A stretch of 64,000 bases of DNA. Source: Candidatus Hermodarchaeota archaeon. Lineage in GTDB: Archaea; Asgardarchaeota; Hermodarchaeia; Hermodarchaeales; Hermodarchaeaceae. The position numbers and the translations under genes were made by a program. Positions 20,303 to 28,945 of the stretch are shown piece by piece (position 1 is the stretch's first letter; each line of letters opens with the position of its first letter). The notes under the pieces are model-generated. The model was not told the origin of the DNA. It saw only the letters and a program-made list of their open reading frames with translations, and did not search any database. Location: contig JAEOTB010000010.1 of assembly GCA_016840065.1 (NCBI GenBank), positions 1-64,000 of the forward strand, in the 5' to 3' direction.

Positions 20303-21412
20303 TTAAACGGTGGTTAGCGGGACCTCATTGAGCAGTGTAAAGGTTTCATCTTTTTGGTGTACTATCATATCACATAGATATACACCACCCAATTTGGGGC
20401 GATGAAGACCTGTTTCAATACAAAATACCTGACCTGGGATAATTGGTGTGTCATTGTCGAAGTTAAACAAGGGCTGTTCTCTTGGTTGGAGTCCGATGCT
20501 GTGGCCCATGGTTCCAAAGAGGTTTTCAGCATAACCTTGCTCTTCTGCAACACTGTATACTAAGAGGGCAATGTCGCGACAGCTAATCCCTGGAGTCAAT
20601 TGCTCAATTGCTACCTCTAAGCTGCTGCGCGCGCATTCAAAGAGGTGTTTTTGACTTTTGTTTGGTTTCCTGGTGATTACTGTGCGAGCCACATCAGAAC
20701 AGTATTCTTGGTAAACAGCTGAAATTGCGATAACTACGAACTCGGAATCACGGATTTCACGGTTGCTTGCCCTAGCATAGGGGCATCTAGTATTCGGACC
20801 TGAAGCAATGACCGTGGGATAACCTGTTCCGGTGGCTCCTGCTTTTCGTAATGTATGCTCAACTTCAGCAGCCACTTCGATTTCAGTAATTCCTGGTTGA
20901 ATCACTTCGATGGCTGTACGAACACCACACTCGGCAATTTTAAGGGATGCCTTTAGATGTTCGATCTCTGCTTCGTCCTTCGCCATACGAAGCTCTATCA
21001 GAATCGAAGAGATATCCTTGAAACCTGCTTCAGGGAAAAGGTGCTTCAGTTTCTCAAACCACCGTGCTGTAACGAAGTCAAGCTCGACACCTATGATTCG
21101 CGAAGTAAGGTTAAGACTTTCAACAACCTCTTTGATACAATTCTCTAAAGCAACCGATTCGGTGGCACTAGATGGGAGAGGATTGGACTGATAGGGTCGG
21201 ATATTCTTAATCCAAGACGATTTAGCTAGCTCTAAATCGAGCTGTGGAACGATAAGCCAGGGAGCCCCATCCTTTGTCAGAATCAAAGCTGAGGGGCCAA
21301 GTCCTTCCGTTGGTTTGTGTCCCGTCAAATACCTAATGTTGAAGGGATTGAAGAGGAGAAAACCGTCAACCTCTTCACGGGTCATGGTACGCTTAACTCG
21401 ATTCAGACGCAT
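20303..21412 (-). CDS. M24 (Xaa-Pro peptidase/creatinase-fold) protein with degenerate metal site
   Basis: NIRYLTG N-domain, LRMAKDEAEIE, SDVART, GHSIGL; first Asp and last Glu ligands replaced. Confidence 0.85.
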   Translation of the reverse strand: MRLNRVKRTMTREEVDGFLLFNPFNIRYLTGHKPTEGLGPSALILTKDGAPWLIVPQLDLELAKSSWIKNIRPYQSNPLPSSATESVALENCIKEVVESLNLTSRIIGVELDFVTARWFEKLKHLFPEAGFKDISSILIELRMAKDEAEIEHLKASLKIAECGVRTAIEVIQPGITEIEVAAEVEHTLRKAGATGTGYPTVIASGPNTRCPYARASNREIRDSEFVVIAISAVYQEYCSDVARTVITRKPNKSQKHLFECARSSLEVAIEQLTPGISCRDIALLVYSVAEEQGYAENLFGTMGHSIGLQPREQPLFNFDNDTPIIPGQVFCIETGLHRPKLGGVYLCDMIVHQKDETFTLLNEVPLTTV

Positions 21413-21528
21413 CGCAGAATCTCCATTCCATCAATTCCTAGAGGCATTAAAATTTCTATCTACCATGCTAGCTTCGTGCCTGAAGTCCTTAAATGAGTGA
21501 CTCATCAAAGCTCGTACTTCAACCCCCT

Positions 21529-21598
21529 GGGCCCATGGCCAAGTGGTTACGGCGCCGGATTCCGGATATCCCGCGTTCAATTCGCGGTGGGACCGCCA
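21529..21598 (+). pseudogene. tRNA-Arg(CCG)-like gene lacking 6 nt of the anticodon loop (pseudogene or assembly collapse)
   Basis: GGGCCCA-TG-GCCAAGTGGTTACGGC-G-CCGGA-T-TCCGG-ATATC-CCGCG TTCAATT CGCGG-TGGGACC-G-CCA; 70 nt, D and T arms and CCA intact, one G-A mismatch in the acceptor stem. Confidence 0.75.
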
Positions 21599-21624
21599 TC
21601 TTATTATCTATATCTCAGGGCGGG

Positions 21625-22830
21625 TTACTTTGCCTTAGGTTTTATACAGATGAGTTCTTGTTGGGGGGTTGAAAGGAATCGACAGCCGTTCTTAGTAACT
21701 ACAATATTCTCTTCAAGGCTGACTTGCCCAAAATTCCTAGTCGTAACGTACAGTTCGAGTGTAAAGACATTACCCTTTTCAACGGTACCCATCGGGCTAT
21801 CCCCGTAGCGGTCCCAGAGGGGGGCTAAGAGTGTGCCGCCATCGTGAACATTCCTTCCAACTTGATGACCTAGTGCATGTTGGTATTCGTCATAACCTCG
21901 ATCTTGGATGAAGCTGCGGGCAACAGCGTCAACTTCGTGACCTTTTCTGCCAGCCTTGACGAATCGGGCGGCAGCTCTGATGGTGTCGCGGACAGTTTCA
22001 AAAGCGGTCTGAACCTCCTCAGGAATTCCCTTTTCTTCACCAAAAAAGAACATTCGCTGAATGTCAGAGCAGAATCCTTGATAGGCGACACCAAAATCGA
22101 AATGTAAAAGGTGCCCTACCTTTGTTTTATTCTCGGTGGGTCCTGCGTGTCCGAACTGCTTATCTGGGCCAGCATCAACTGCAGGGTTCCTCTCAGCTTC
22201 CCAAGCTGAGGTGACACCGTATTCCCTCATTCTCTCGTGGAAGAATCTGTGTATCTGTTGTTCTGTAAACCCCACTCGTAAATACTCTGCAGCATCAGTG
22301 AAGATTTGCTCAGTTATTTCAATAGCTTTCTGAATGCGAGAAATTTCAGTTGGGGTTTTACGTCCGCGGAGTCGACTGATAAGGGACTCTGCACTTACAA
22401 ATCTCTCCAGAAAGGGGGTACCCTTGAGGTAATCTAGAAGTAGTTCATGCATCCCTACAGTGAGACCATCAGCTGCAACATCGTTTCGGCTGTAATTTAG
22501 AGCAATTTGACTAGGATTGATTCGGTCAAGCTCCATGCGGAGTTTTTCCCTGATACTTTGAGTATAAGGAATCACCTGGTCGAAGAGTCTAAGATCTTCT
22601 ATTCCATCGGAATCAAAATTACCAACGATAGCAATTTTTTCGCCGCTCTTTGTGAAGATGAGGGCTGACTGCCAAACAAGGTCGCTACCAAGAACTAACT
22701 TGAGAACCGGATCTGCCATCTGAGCCGTCTCTCGAACCCAAATCATCCAAACATCTAGGTCTAATTCTTGGAGTATTTCACATGTTTGTTTACATTTTTG
22801 CCGTTCCAATTGTCGTGTCATTCTAAACAA
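21625..22830 (-). CDS. M24 family Xaa-Pro aminopeptidase
   Basis: Intact ligands DFG...SDIQR, HALGH, TLE, LEEN. Confidence 0.9.
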   Translation of the reverse strand: MFRMTRQLERQKCKQTCEILQELDLDVWMIWVRETAQMADPVLKLVLGSDLVWQSALIFTKSGEKIAIVGNFDSDGIEDLRLFDQVIPYTQSIREKLRMELDRINPSQIALNYSRNDVAADGLTVGMHELLLDYLKGTPFLERFVSAESLISRLRGRKTPTEISRIQKAIEITEQIFTDAAEYLRVGFTEQQIHRFFHERMREYGVTSAWEAERNPAVDAGPDKQFGHAGPTENKTKVGHLLHFDFGVAYQGFCSDIQRMFFFGEEKGIPEEVQTAFETVRDTIRAAARFVKAGRKGHEVDAVARSFIQDRGYDEYQHALGHQVGRNVHDGGTLLAPLWDRYGDSPMGTVEKGNVFTLELYVTTRNFGQVSLEENIVVTKNGCRFLSTPQQELICIKPKAK

Positions 22831-22914
22831 TCCTGCTTAGGTGTCGATGGAAACTTTTATCCTTTGGGGCGCAGGGAACTGAAAGTTAACACGCAAATAC
22901 AGTTGGCGCATGCA

Positions 22915-24324
22915 ATGGCAAAATATTTGGTTATCGACTCACAAGGTAGAGAGCATCCCCTCGACTTAGATAATATTGACAGTTGTGAACCTTTAGTGGG
23001 TGAATTACGCACATTCGTCGAAGTCGAGGAGCTAGGTCGAGGTGCTCGGGGGGAGCCTCCCCATATTAAGGTGATGCGTCAGCTAGAGCTAATAGACTAC
23101 GAGCCCGCATCAGATGTTGGGCACTTTCGGTTCTACCCCAAAGGTGCCTTGGTCAAAGAGCTGCTAGAGGAGTTTTGCCACCAAGTAGCGGTAGATTTGA
23201 TTGGCGCTATGCGAATCGAGACGCCACTGATGTATCGGCTCAGTCAAAAGGATATCGCTGAGCAAGCCGCGAAATTCCTCGAAAAGGACTACAGGATTAA
23301 ACTAAGTAAAGACAAAGAACTCCTCCTCAGGTTTGCTGGTGACTTTGGTCTATTCTCTATCATGAAGAATGTGCAGATGTCCCATCGCCAGCTTCCTATT
23401 CGCGTTTTCGAATTATCCCCCTCCTTCCGGCTAGAGAAACGAGGAGAGTGTGTAGGGCTTCGCCGACTCCGCGCCTTCACAATGCCAGATATCCACTGCT
23501 TCTGTCGCGACTATGAACAGGGGAAGGAGGAGTTTGCCATGATAACGGAACACTATGACAAGCTAGTTCGGGCCTTGGGCATCGACTATGTTCTCGTGTT
23601 TCGTATAGTAGAGGAATATTACGAACAAACGAAAGATTTGCTTTTCCTACTAGCCAAGAATCTTAAGCGCCCAATATTAATCGAGTTCCTCCCTGAGATG
23701 GCACATTATTGGAATGTGAAAAACGAATTCCAGTTTGTAGATGCTGCTGAGGGAACTGGTCAACTTAGTACAGTTCAACTTGATGTTACCGACGCTGAAA
23801 GATACGGAATTACCTATATCAACGAGGGAGGTGAAGAAACTGGGTGCATAATAGTGCACACTAGTATTAGCAGCATTGAACGGCTTATTTACGGGCTCCT
23901 AGAAAGCGCTGTAAAGCGTCAACAGGAGGGGCAACTGCCTTCACTTCCAACTTGGCTTTCTCCAGTACAAGTTACTGTGATTCCTGTAACTGAAAAACAT
24001 CAGAAATATGCAGAAGGAGTGGTCTCGAAGTTACGTAACAAACATGTACGCGCTGTGCTTGATGACAGGGGTAAGACGGTTGGCTGGAAGATTCGTAACG
24101 CTGGTAAGCATTGGATACCTTTCGTTGCTGTAATTGGTGACAAAGAGTTGAAGGACAAGACCTTGGCTGTAACCATTAGGGAAAAATCAACGTTAAAACA
24201 ACCTAAAACTGAGGCTATGAAGATGTCTTTATTAGTGAAACTAGTTCACTCAGCTTGTGACGGTAAACCGTTTCAACAATTATCAATGCCAGTACGAATG
24301 TCTCTCTGGCCGATCTTCATATGA
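22915..24324 (+). CDS. thrS: Threonyl-tRNA synthetase (catalytic and anticodon domains, no N-terminal editing domain)
   Basis: LRFAGDFG, SFRLEKRGE...LRRLRAFTMPDIH, QLSTVQLD, HTSISSIER; ATG 22915 preferred because the ORF-track start 22768 overlaps the divergent gene. Confidence 0.93.
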   Translation: MAKYLVIDSQGREHPLDLDNIDSCEPLVGELRTFVEVEELGRGARGEPPHIKVMRQLELIDYEPASDVGHFRFYPKGALVKELLEEFCHQVAVDLIGAMRIETPLMYRLSQKDIAEQAAKFLEKDYRIKLSKDKELLLRFAGDFGLFSIMKNVQMSHRQLPIRVFELSPSFRLEKRGECVGLRRLRAFTMPDIHCFCRDYEQGKEEFAMITEHYDKLVRALGIDYVLVFRIVEEYYEQTKDLLFLLAKNLKRPILIEFLPEMAHYWNVKNEFQFVDAAEGTGQLSTVQLDVTDAERYGITYINEGGEETGCIIVHTSISSIERLIYGLLESAVKRQQEGQLPSLPTWLSPVQVTVIPVTEKHQKYAEGVVSKLRNKHVRAVLDDRGKTVGWKIRNAGKHWIPFVAVIGDKELKDKTLAVTIREKSTLKQPKTEAMKMSLLVKLVHSACDGKPFQQLSMPVRMSLWPIFI

Positions 24325-24345
24325 CAGACGTTCTAGGAGTCAACT

Positions 24346-25719
24346 CTACTTGCCCGAAGATGCTTGTTTTCGAATCATCTTTGCTATGAAGAATCCCTCA
24401 GTCTCATTTCGGTGAGGGAATAGGCGTTGGCAATTCGTGAGCCCCTCAAAGGCTGGACTTCCAATCCAGGGCTCAGTCGGTACAGTCTCAAACTCTGGGT
24501 TGTTCGCAAGGAATTTCCTGATTACATCTTCATTCTCTTCTTTGGTTATAGAGCAGGTAGAGTAAACTATGTGTCCATCAGATGCGACGAGTTTACTACC
24601 TTGCTTAAATAGTGCGAGCTGAATCTTGCTCATTCTTGAAACGATTTCAAGGGTAAGACCCCATTTGACTTCTGGTCGAGTTTGTAATACTCCAGTACTG
24701 CTGCAGGGGGGATCGACCAATACACAATCAGCACGGAATTCCTCTTTGAAGGGTAGGCTCATTCCATCAGCAAGGATAATATGTGTATTCCGCACGCTTT
24801 GCCTAGTCAGGACTTTCTCAAACTCGCGTAAGCGCAGCGTTGACCAATCCAAAGAAATGATATTTCCCTTATTTCCCATCAGTTGAGCTAGATGGGATGT
24901 TTTACTTCCAGGGGCTGCACAGAGATCTACAAGAATAGTCTGTGGAAATGGATTTACTACGCGCCCCACAATTACACTAGCCAAATTCTGTAAGTAAATG
25001 GCACTTCGCTGGTATGTCGAAGTCTTTGTGACAGGTCTGCTCCCTTTCTTAAGCCTGAATATTTCTGGAATTTTTGGGATAGATAAACATTCAAAGCCCT
25101 CCTTTTCCAGTTCCTGTTTCACTTCAGCAATCGAACCAATCAATGTATTAACCCGAACATACACTGGAGGATTTTCAAGTCCTGAGGAAAGGAATGCATG
25201 TGCTTCTTCCTTTCCCAACAGGCGCTCTGTATACTCTACCAACCACTCAGGAACACTGAATTTCAGAGCCGTGCTCTGTGTTTCTGGCAGTGACCTGAGT
25301 AACTTTTCAAAGTCAAAGAGCTGTACTTTTCGGAGTACTGCATTTATGAAACCACCCAACTTCCTGCTTCTTCGACGCTTGATAATCGTCACGGCTTCAT
25401 TTGTAGCTAGTGCTGCTACGCCTTTACCAGAAAATATCAGATAAGTGGCAACTCTAAGCAGATTTCGAGTGAAAACATCTAGATTCAATAACTTACTTCT
25501 ACTAAGCACTTGGTCGAGAACCCAATCGATAGTATTTAGGCGCCGCATTGTTTCGAAGACAAGTGAATGAATCGCCGTACGAACTTTCCAGTCAGTAATA
25601 TCCTGATTTTTTGAGAATCGATTAAGTGCCTTTCGGAGAGAGAGATACTCCTCCTCCCAGAGAACAAGTACATCTGCTGCGGCTTCCTCACGACTCAAAG
25701 ACGCTACCAAATAAGACAC
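24346..25719 (-). CDS. RsmB/NOP2/Sun RNA m5C methyltransferase with NusB-like N-terminal domain
   Basis: FINAVLR NusB motif, RVNTL, DLCAAPGSKT, DPPCSSTG, YSTCS, EENE. Confidence 0.93.
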   Translation of the reverse strand: MSYLVASLSREEAAADVLVLWEEEYLSLRKALNRFSKNQDITDWKVRTAIHSLVFETMRRLNTIDWVLDQVLSRSKLLNLDVFTRNLLRVATYLIFSGKGVAALATNEAVTIIKRRRSRKLGGFINAVLRKVQLFDFEKLLRSLPETQSTALKFSVPEWLVEYTERLLGKEEAHAFLSSGLENPPVYVRVNTLIGSIAEVKQELEKEGFECLSIPKIPEIFRLKKGSRPVTKTSTYQRSAIYLQNLASVIVGRVVNPFPQTILVDLCAAPGSKTSHLAQLMGNKGNIISLDWSTLRLREFEKVLTRQSVRNTHIILADGMSLPFKEEFRADCVLVDPPCSSTGVLQTRPEVKWGLTLEIVSRMSKIQLALFKQGSKLVASDGHIVYSTCSITKEENEDVIRKFLANNPEFETVPTEPWIGSPAFEGLTNCQRLFPHRNETEGFFIAKMIRKQASSGK

Positions 25720-25893
25720 ATCTACTCGAAATTCCTATCGTACAATACAAGAAATTATCTAGACTCCTATGTATTCGATGATTCTAGCCACAAACAAAAG
25801 GATTTTTGATACCCCATTCATATCTCTCGACCACAAAAATCTAAAGTGGATATTTCCCTTCTCTTAACTAATGTTCTTAAGGAGTGTTTCTAT

Positions 25894-26703
25894 TTGACAA
25901 CTCTTTGGTCCATACTTGCCACTCTCTCTAAACTGGCCCCAGATACCTTTAGACCACCAGGTGATGCCTACGGAATCCAGTGTGGTGTTGGGGATGAAGC
26001 CGGACAGAAACGACTTAAGATTTCAGCGGCAGCTGTGTGTCTGGACGTAACAATTCCAGTAATTATCAAAGCTGGTGAATTAGGTGCAACTCTCCTTATT
26101 GCTCATCGGTCTCCTATTAATCAACCAATAGCAAAACTAACAGGATACCCGTATCTTCTGTTTCAACAAATAGTAAAAAGAAAAGTCAATATTAGCGCAC
26201 TTCACTACAGTTGGGCAGCTGTAGAAGGGGGGCTAAATGACACGCTGGCAGAGGTTTTAGGCTTCAATGTTTCAGGTATCTTTGAAACTGAAATCAATGG
26301 GAAAATCATACCTTTGGGTCGTATCTGCCAAGTACCTAAAGAAACTACTCTAAAGGCTTTCAGTCAATATGTAGCAAAACGACTGGATGTGCCTGCCCTA
26401 ACATATACTGGGAATCCAAATGATGAAGTCGAAAATCTTGTAATGGTTGCTGGAGATGGTTTAACTCCAGAGAGACTAAATAACGCTTGGGAAAAGGGAT
26501 ATGACACCTACCTAACAGGAATGCTGACACACGAGTTGGCTACACAAGCTAGACAGCTCAAAGTGAAAATCGTCGCAGTCCCACAGGCTGCTACTGAGGC
26601 TCCAGGGATGAGGCGCCTTACTCAAATCCTTCGTGTGAAGCACCCTAGAATTAACTTCACCTTCATCGAGCCTTTGATTCCATATTCGACTTTCATAACC
26701 TAG
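25894..26703 (+). CDS. Nif3/YbgI (DUF34) family protein with degenerate metal ligands
   Basis: D-x-x-G-I-Q-x-G, CLDVT, LLIAH, GGLNDTLA, GRI, YLTG, ATE; TTG 25894 follows an AAGGAG ribosome-binding site. Confidence 0.8.
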   Translation: MTTLWSILATLSKLAPDTFRPPGDAYGIQCGVGDEAGQKRLKISAAAVCLDVTIPVIIKAGELGATLLIAHRSPINQPIAKLTGYPYLLFQQIVKRKVNISALHYSWAAVEGGLNDTLAEVLGFNVSGIFETEINGKIIPLGRICQVPKETTLKAFSQYVAKRLDVPALTYTGNPNDEVENLVMVAGDGLTPERLNNAWEKGYDTYLTGMLTHELATQARQLKVKIVAVPQAATEAPGMRRLTQILRVKHPRINFTFIEPLIPYSTFIT

Positions 26704-26757
26704 CATATGTTCTGTCAAATGAACACACTGAGATTAGTTAGTAATTGAGGAAAGTAA

Positions 26758-27789
26758 ATGGCTTTACCACCAACTTTAATCATTGACTTAGGCAGCGGCT
26801 ATTTGAAGTATGGTTATGTTGATCAGTCTTCACCGAGAGTTCTGCCTGCATGTTATGCAGCGCCTGAGGGTGAGGCGGAATCCTCCTCTTTACTCACCTT
26901 TGATCCTGGAAGGGAGGGGTGGGTCTTCCCTTTGGAAAATGGAATTGTAACCGACTGCAACAAAATCGCCCCACTCCTTGAACTTGTTTTTGATGAGATT
27001 GGAATGAAAGCGTCTCAGTTCGGTAAAACCGATTTCGAACTACTGGTCTTCGCCTCATGTGACGCTAAAAGGGTCGATGGAATTTGCAATGAACTTGAAG
27101 AAATTCTAGCATTTCGCAATGTGACCGCCTCACTGCAGCAAGTAACAACACTGATGGATCTCGACCGAGCTACAGGAATCATAGTTGACATCGGCTACTC
27201 AGTTTCCATCGTAGCACCAATCTTTCAAGGCTTTCTGCTCCATGATAGGGTTATGACCTCTGCAACTGGCTCCTTTTTTGTATCTGCTGTTCTCTCTCAT
27301 CTGCTTCTGTTAATGGCTGAAGCCGAGCCTAAACCGGAAGCGATACTCTACGAAAAACTCTCCAAGAACTTAGACGCGATAGAGTTCATTAAGAGAAATT
27401 TGTGTCGAGTTGCTATTAAACCAGCAGAAAGAGAGACAATATCAAGCGGGATAAAATACCAGCAGGAAGGGTTAGATCTACCACTGGGTAAAATGGTATG
27501 GATGGCTCCTGAAGTCTTGTTTGACCCAGGTCTAATCGATATACGCGACATTGGAATCAGTAATTTGGTTTCTGAGGTCCTGCAGCGAGTAGATTTGTCA
27601 ATGAGACCTGAATTAGCGCAGAACGTATTTTTAACTGGTGGAGGCTCGATTTTTCCTGGTCTTGGAGAGCGGTTTCATGCAGAATTAAGAGGGAAGTTTC
27701 CGAATCTTCCGATGAATGTCCATGTCCTCGATGACCCATTTGAACGCGTCTGGTCTAGTGCAGTTCATTTGGCGCGAATGAGGATTTAA
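26758..27789 (+). CDS. Divergent actin-family protein (Asgard actin-related protein)
   Basis: IIDLGSGYLKYG, FPLENGIVTD, TGIIVDIGYSVSIVAPIFQG, APEVLFDP, RPELAQNVFLTGGGSIFPGLGERFHAEL. Confidence 0.9.
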   Translation: MALPPTLIIDLGSGYLKYGYVDQSSPRVLPACYAAPEGEAESSSLLTFDPGREGWVFPLENGIVTDCNKIAPLLELVFDEIGMKASQFGKTDFELLVFASCDAKRVDGICNELEEILAFRNVTASLQQVTTLMDLDRATGIIVDIGYSVSIVAPIFQGFLLHDRVMTSATGSFFVSAVLSHLLLLMAEAEPKPEAILYEKLSKNLDAIEFIKRNLCRVAIKPAERETISSGIKYQQEGLDLPLGKMVWMAPEVLFDPGLIDIRDIGISNLVSEVLQRVDLSMRPELAQNVFLTGGGSIFPGLGERFHAELRGKFPNLPMNVHVLDDPFERVWSSAVHLARMRI

Positions 27790-27800
27790 TAAACAACACA

Positions 27801-27957
27801 AGGGTCTCTGAGCCGCTGGCTCAACACAGAACCAGGCAGGTTCATTTGAGCTCTATCTAGACCCTAAACGCCTGGCTGAGGCGGGAGGTCGCAACCCCGG
27901 CTGGGGTGGTGCCCGCCTATGATGCAGGAACCAAACACCAACCTTGGTCCAGCGTCA
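27801..27957 (+). ncRNA. Candidate structured RNA (multi-stem, pseudoknot-capable), family unknown
   Basis: At least six complementary stems in a GC-rich island within an AT-rich intergenic region; G-U pairs mostly favour the + strand. Confidence 0.55.
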
Positions 27958-28068
27958 GGATTGGATAAGATTTGGACAACGGTATAGATTAGCAACTGTT
28001 TTCAGGCAGAAAAAACTATTATATTGTGTGTTTGCGTTCTGTAATTATTAGTTCTTGGGGAATATAGC

Positions 28069-28467
28069 GTGTCAGTTGCTGCCAGCGTAAAAGAGATTGT
28101 TGAAAAAATTGGGCACCGCCTTGACTCATTATCTGAAGAAATGAAGGAACTCCGTGTGGCTGTGGAGAAGCTAGCTGAAGAATCTGAAAAAAGAATGAAA
28201 AAGGTCCTTGAGCAGGCTAATACGTTGATTCAGTTACTTCAGCAAGAGGTTTCAACCTTCGAAGAACAACGTCATCTACTAGAGTCACAAATCACAGCTG
28301 AACTGGATAGAGTGAAAAGAATAACTCAACTTAGTGACCTAGAAGATGCAGTCCACACCGTTTCAGAAATCGTAGATGAATTTGTAAACAACATTGACCT
28401 GGATAAAGTGCTTGAGGCTGTCCAGCAGCTTGAAGCAAAGCATGGTACTGATTCAGAAGGCGGGTGA
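28069..28467 (+). CDS. Coiled-coil hypothetical protein
   Basis: 132 aa with continuous heptad pattern; GTGA overlap with the next gene. Confidence 0.7.
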   Translation: MSVAASVKEIVEKIGHRLDSLSEEMKELRVAVEKLAEESEKRMKKVLEQANTLIQLLQQEVSTFEEQRHLLESQITAELDRVKRITQLSDLEDAVHTVSEIVDEFVNNIDLDKVLEAVQQLEAKHGTDSEGG

Positions 28468-28937
28468 GTATGTTGACAGAGAAGCCAAAACCCGATAAAT
28501 CCGCATCCTCTCAGCAATCAGACGATTCCACGCTGATTCCCTTTCTCACTCAGGCTTTTTCTAATCTTTTCAGCCGAGTTACTGCGGTATCTGACGAGCT
28601 AGCAAAATTGAAGGCAACAGTTGGTAAGATTGACGAGTTGAACAAGTCAGCCTTAGCAAGCGTGGTGCCAAAATTCGAGGAGATCCTACTGAATCTCCAG
28701 AAGCAGCGAAGAAGCAGCGTGACTCATCTTTCTCGGCTTGCTGAAACAATTACTCAGGAGTTTGAAGCACTTAATGAAACCCGCTCCGCAAGCGTGGACC
28801 AAAGAGTTCTATCACTTCTTGCGAAGACACTCCACGCGACCCAACAAGCCCTCTATTGCCTTCGCTTAGAAGGCTTCATCAGGAGAATCATGGAACTTAA
28901 GCAGGAATTGAAACCTGCTAAAGAGAAGCCCAAATAG
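28464..28937 (+). CDS. Coiled-coil hypothetical protein
   Basis: 157-aa helical ORF translationally coupled to the upstream gene. Confidence 0.7.
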   Translation: MSMLTEKPKPDKSASSQQSDDSTLIPFLTQAFSNLFSRVTAVSDELAKLKATVGKIDELNKSALASVVPKFEEILLNLQKQRRSSVTHLSRLAETITQEFEALNETRSASVDQRVLSLLAKTLHATQQALYCLRLEGFIRRIMELKQELKPAKEKPK

Positions 28938-28945
28938 TGACGAGT

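Noticed and set aside
19429-21598. Integrated element bounded by two tRNA-Arg sequences
   Set aside because: The tRNAs are divergent and differ in sequence, with no direct att repeat or integrase; the genes between them look chromosomal.
27801-27876. HDV-like ribozyme on the minus strand (7-bp P1 with first G-U pair, crossing P2, P4-like hairpin)
   Set aside because: The P3/L3 segment is 21 nt without the expected pairing, there is no P1.1 GG, and J4/2 lacks the catalytic C-x-A. Kept only as an unassigned structured RNA.
27787-27876. Stop-codon readthrough pseudoknot or SECIS for the actin-like gene
   Set aside because: The gene ends in tandem TAA TAA, has no in-frame TGA, and no SECIS GA/GA core is evident.
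27790-28068. SRP RNA, RNase P RNA or TPP riboswitch
   Set aside because: Their conserved motifs (helix-8 GGAA loop, GAGGAAAGUCC, TPP core) are not present in the right arrangement on either strand.
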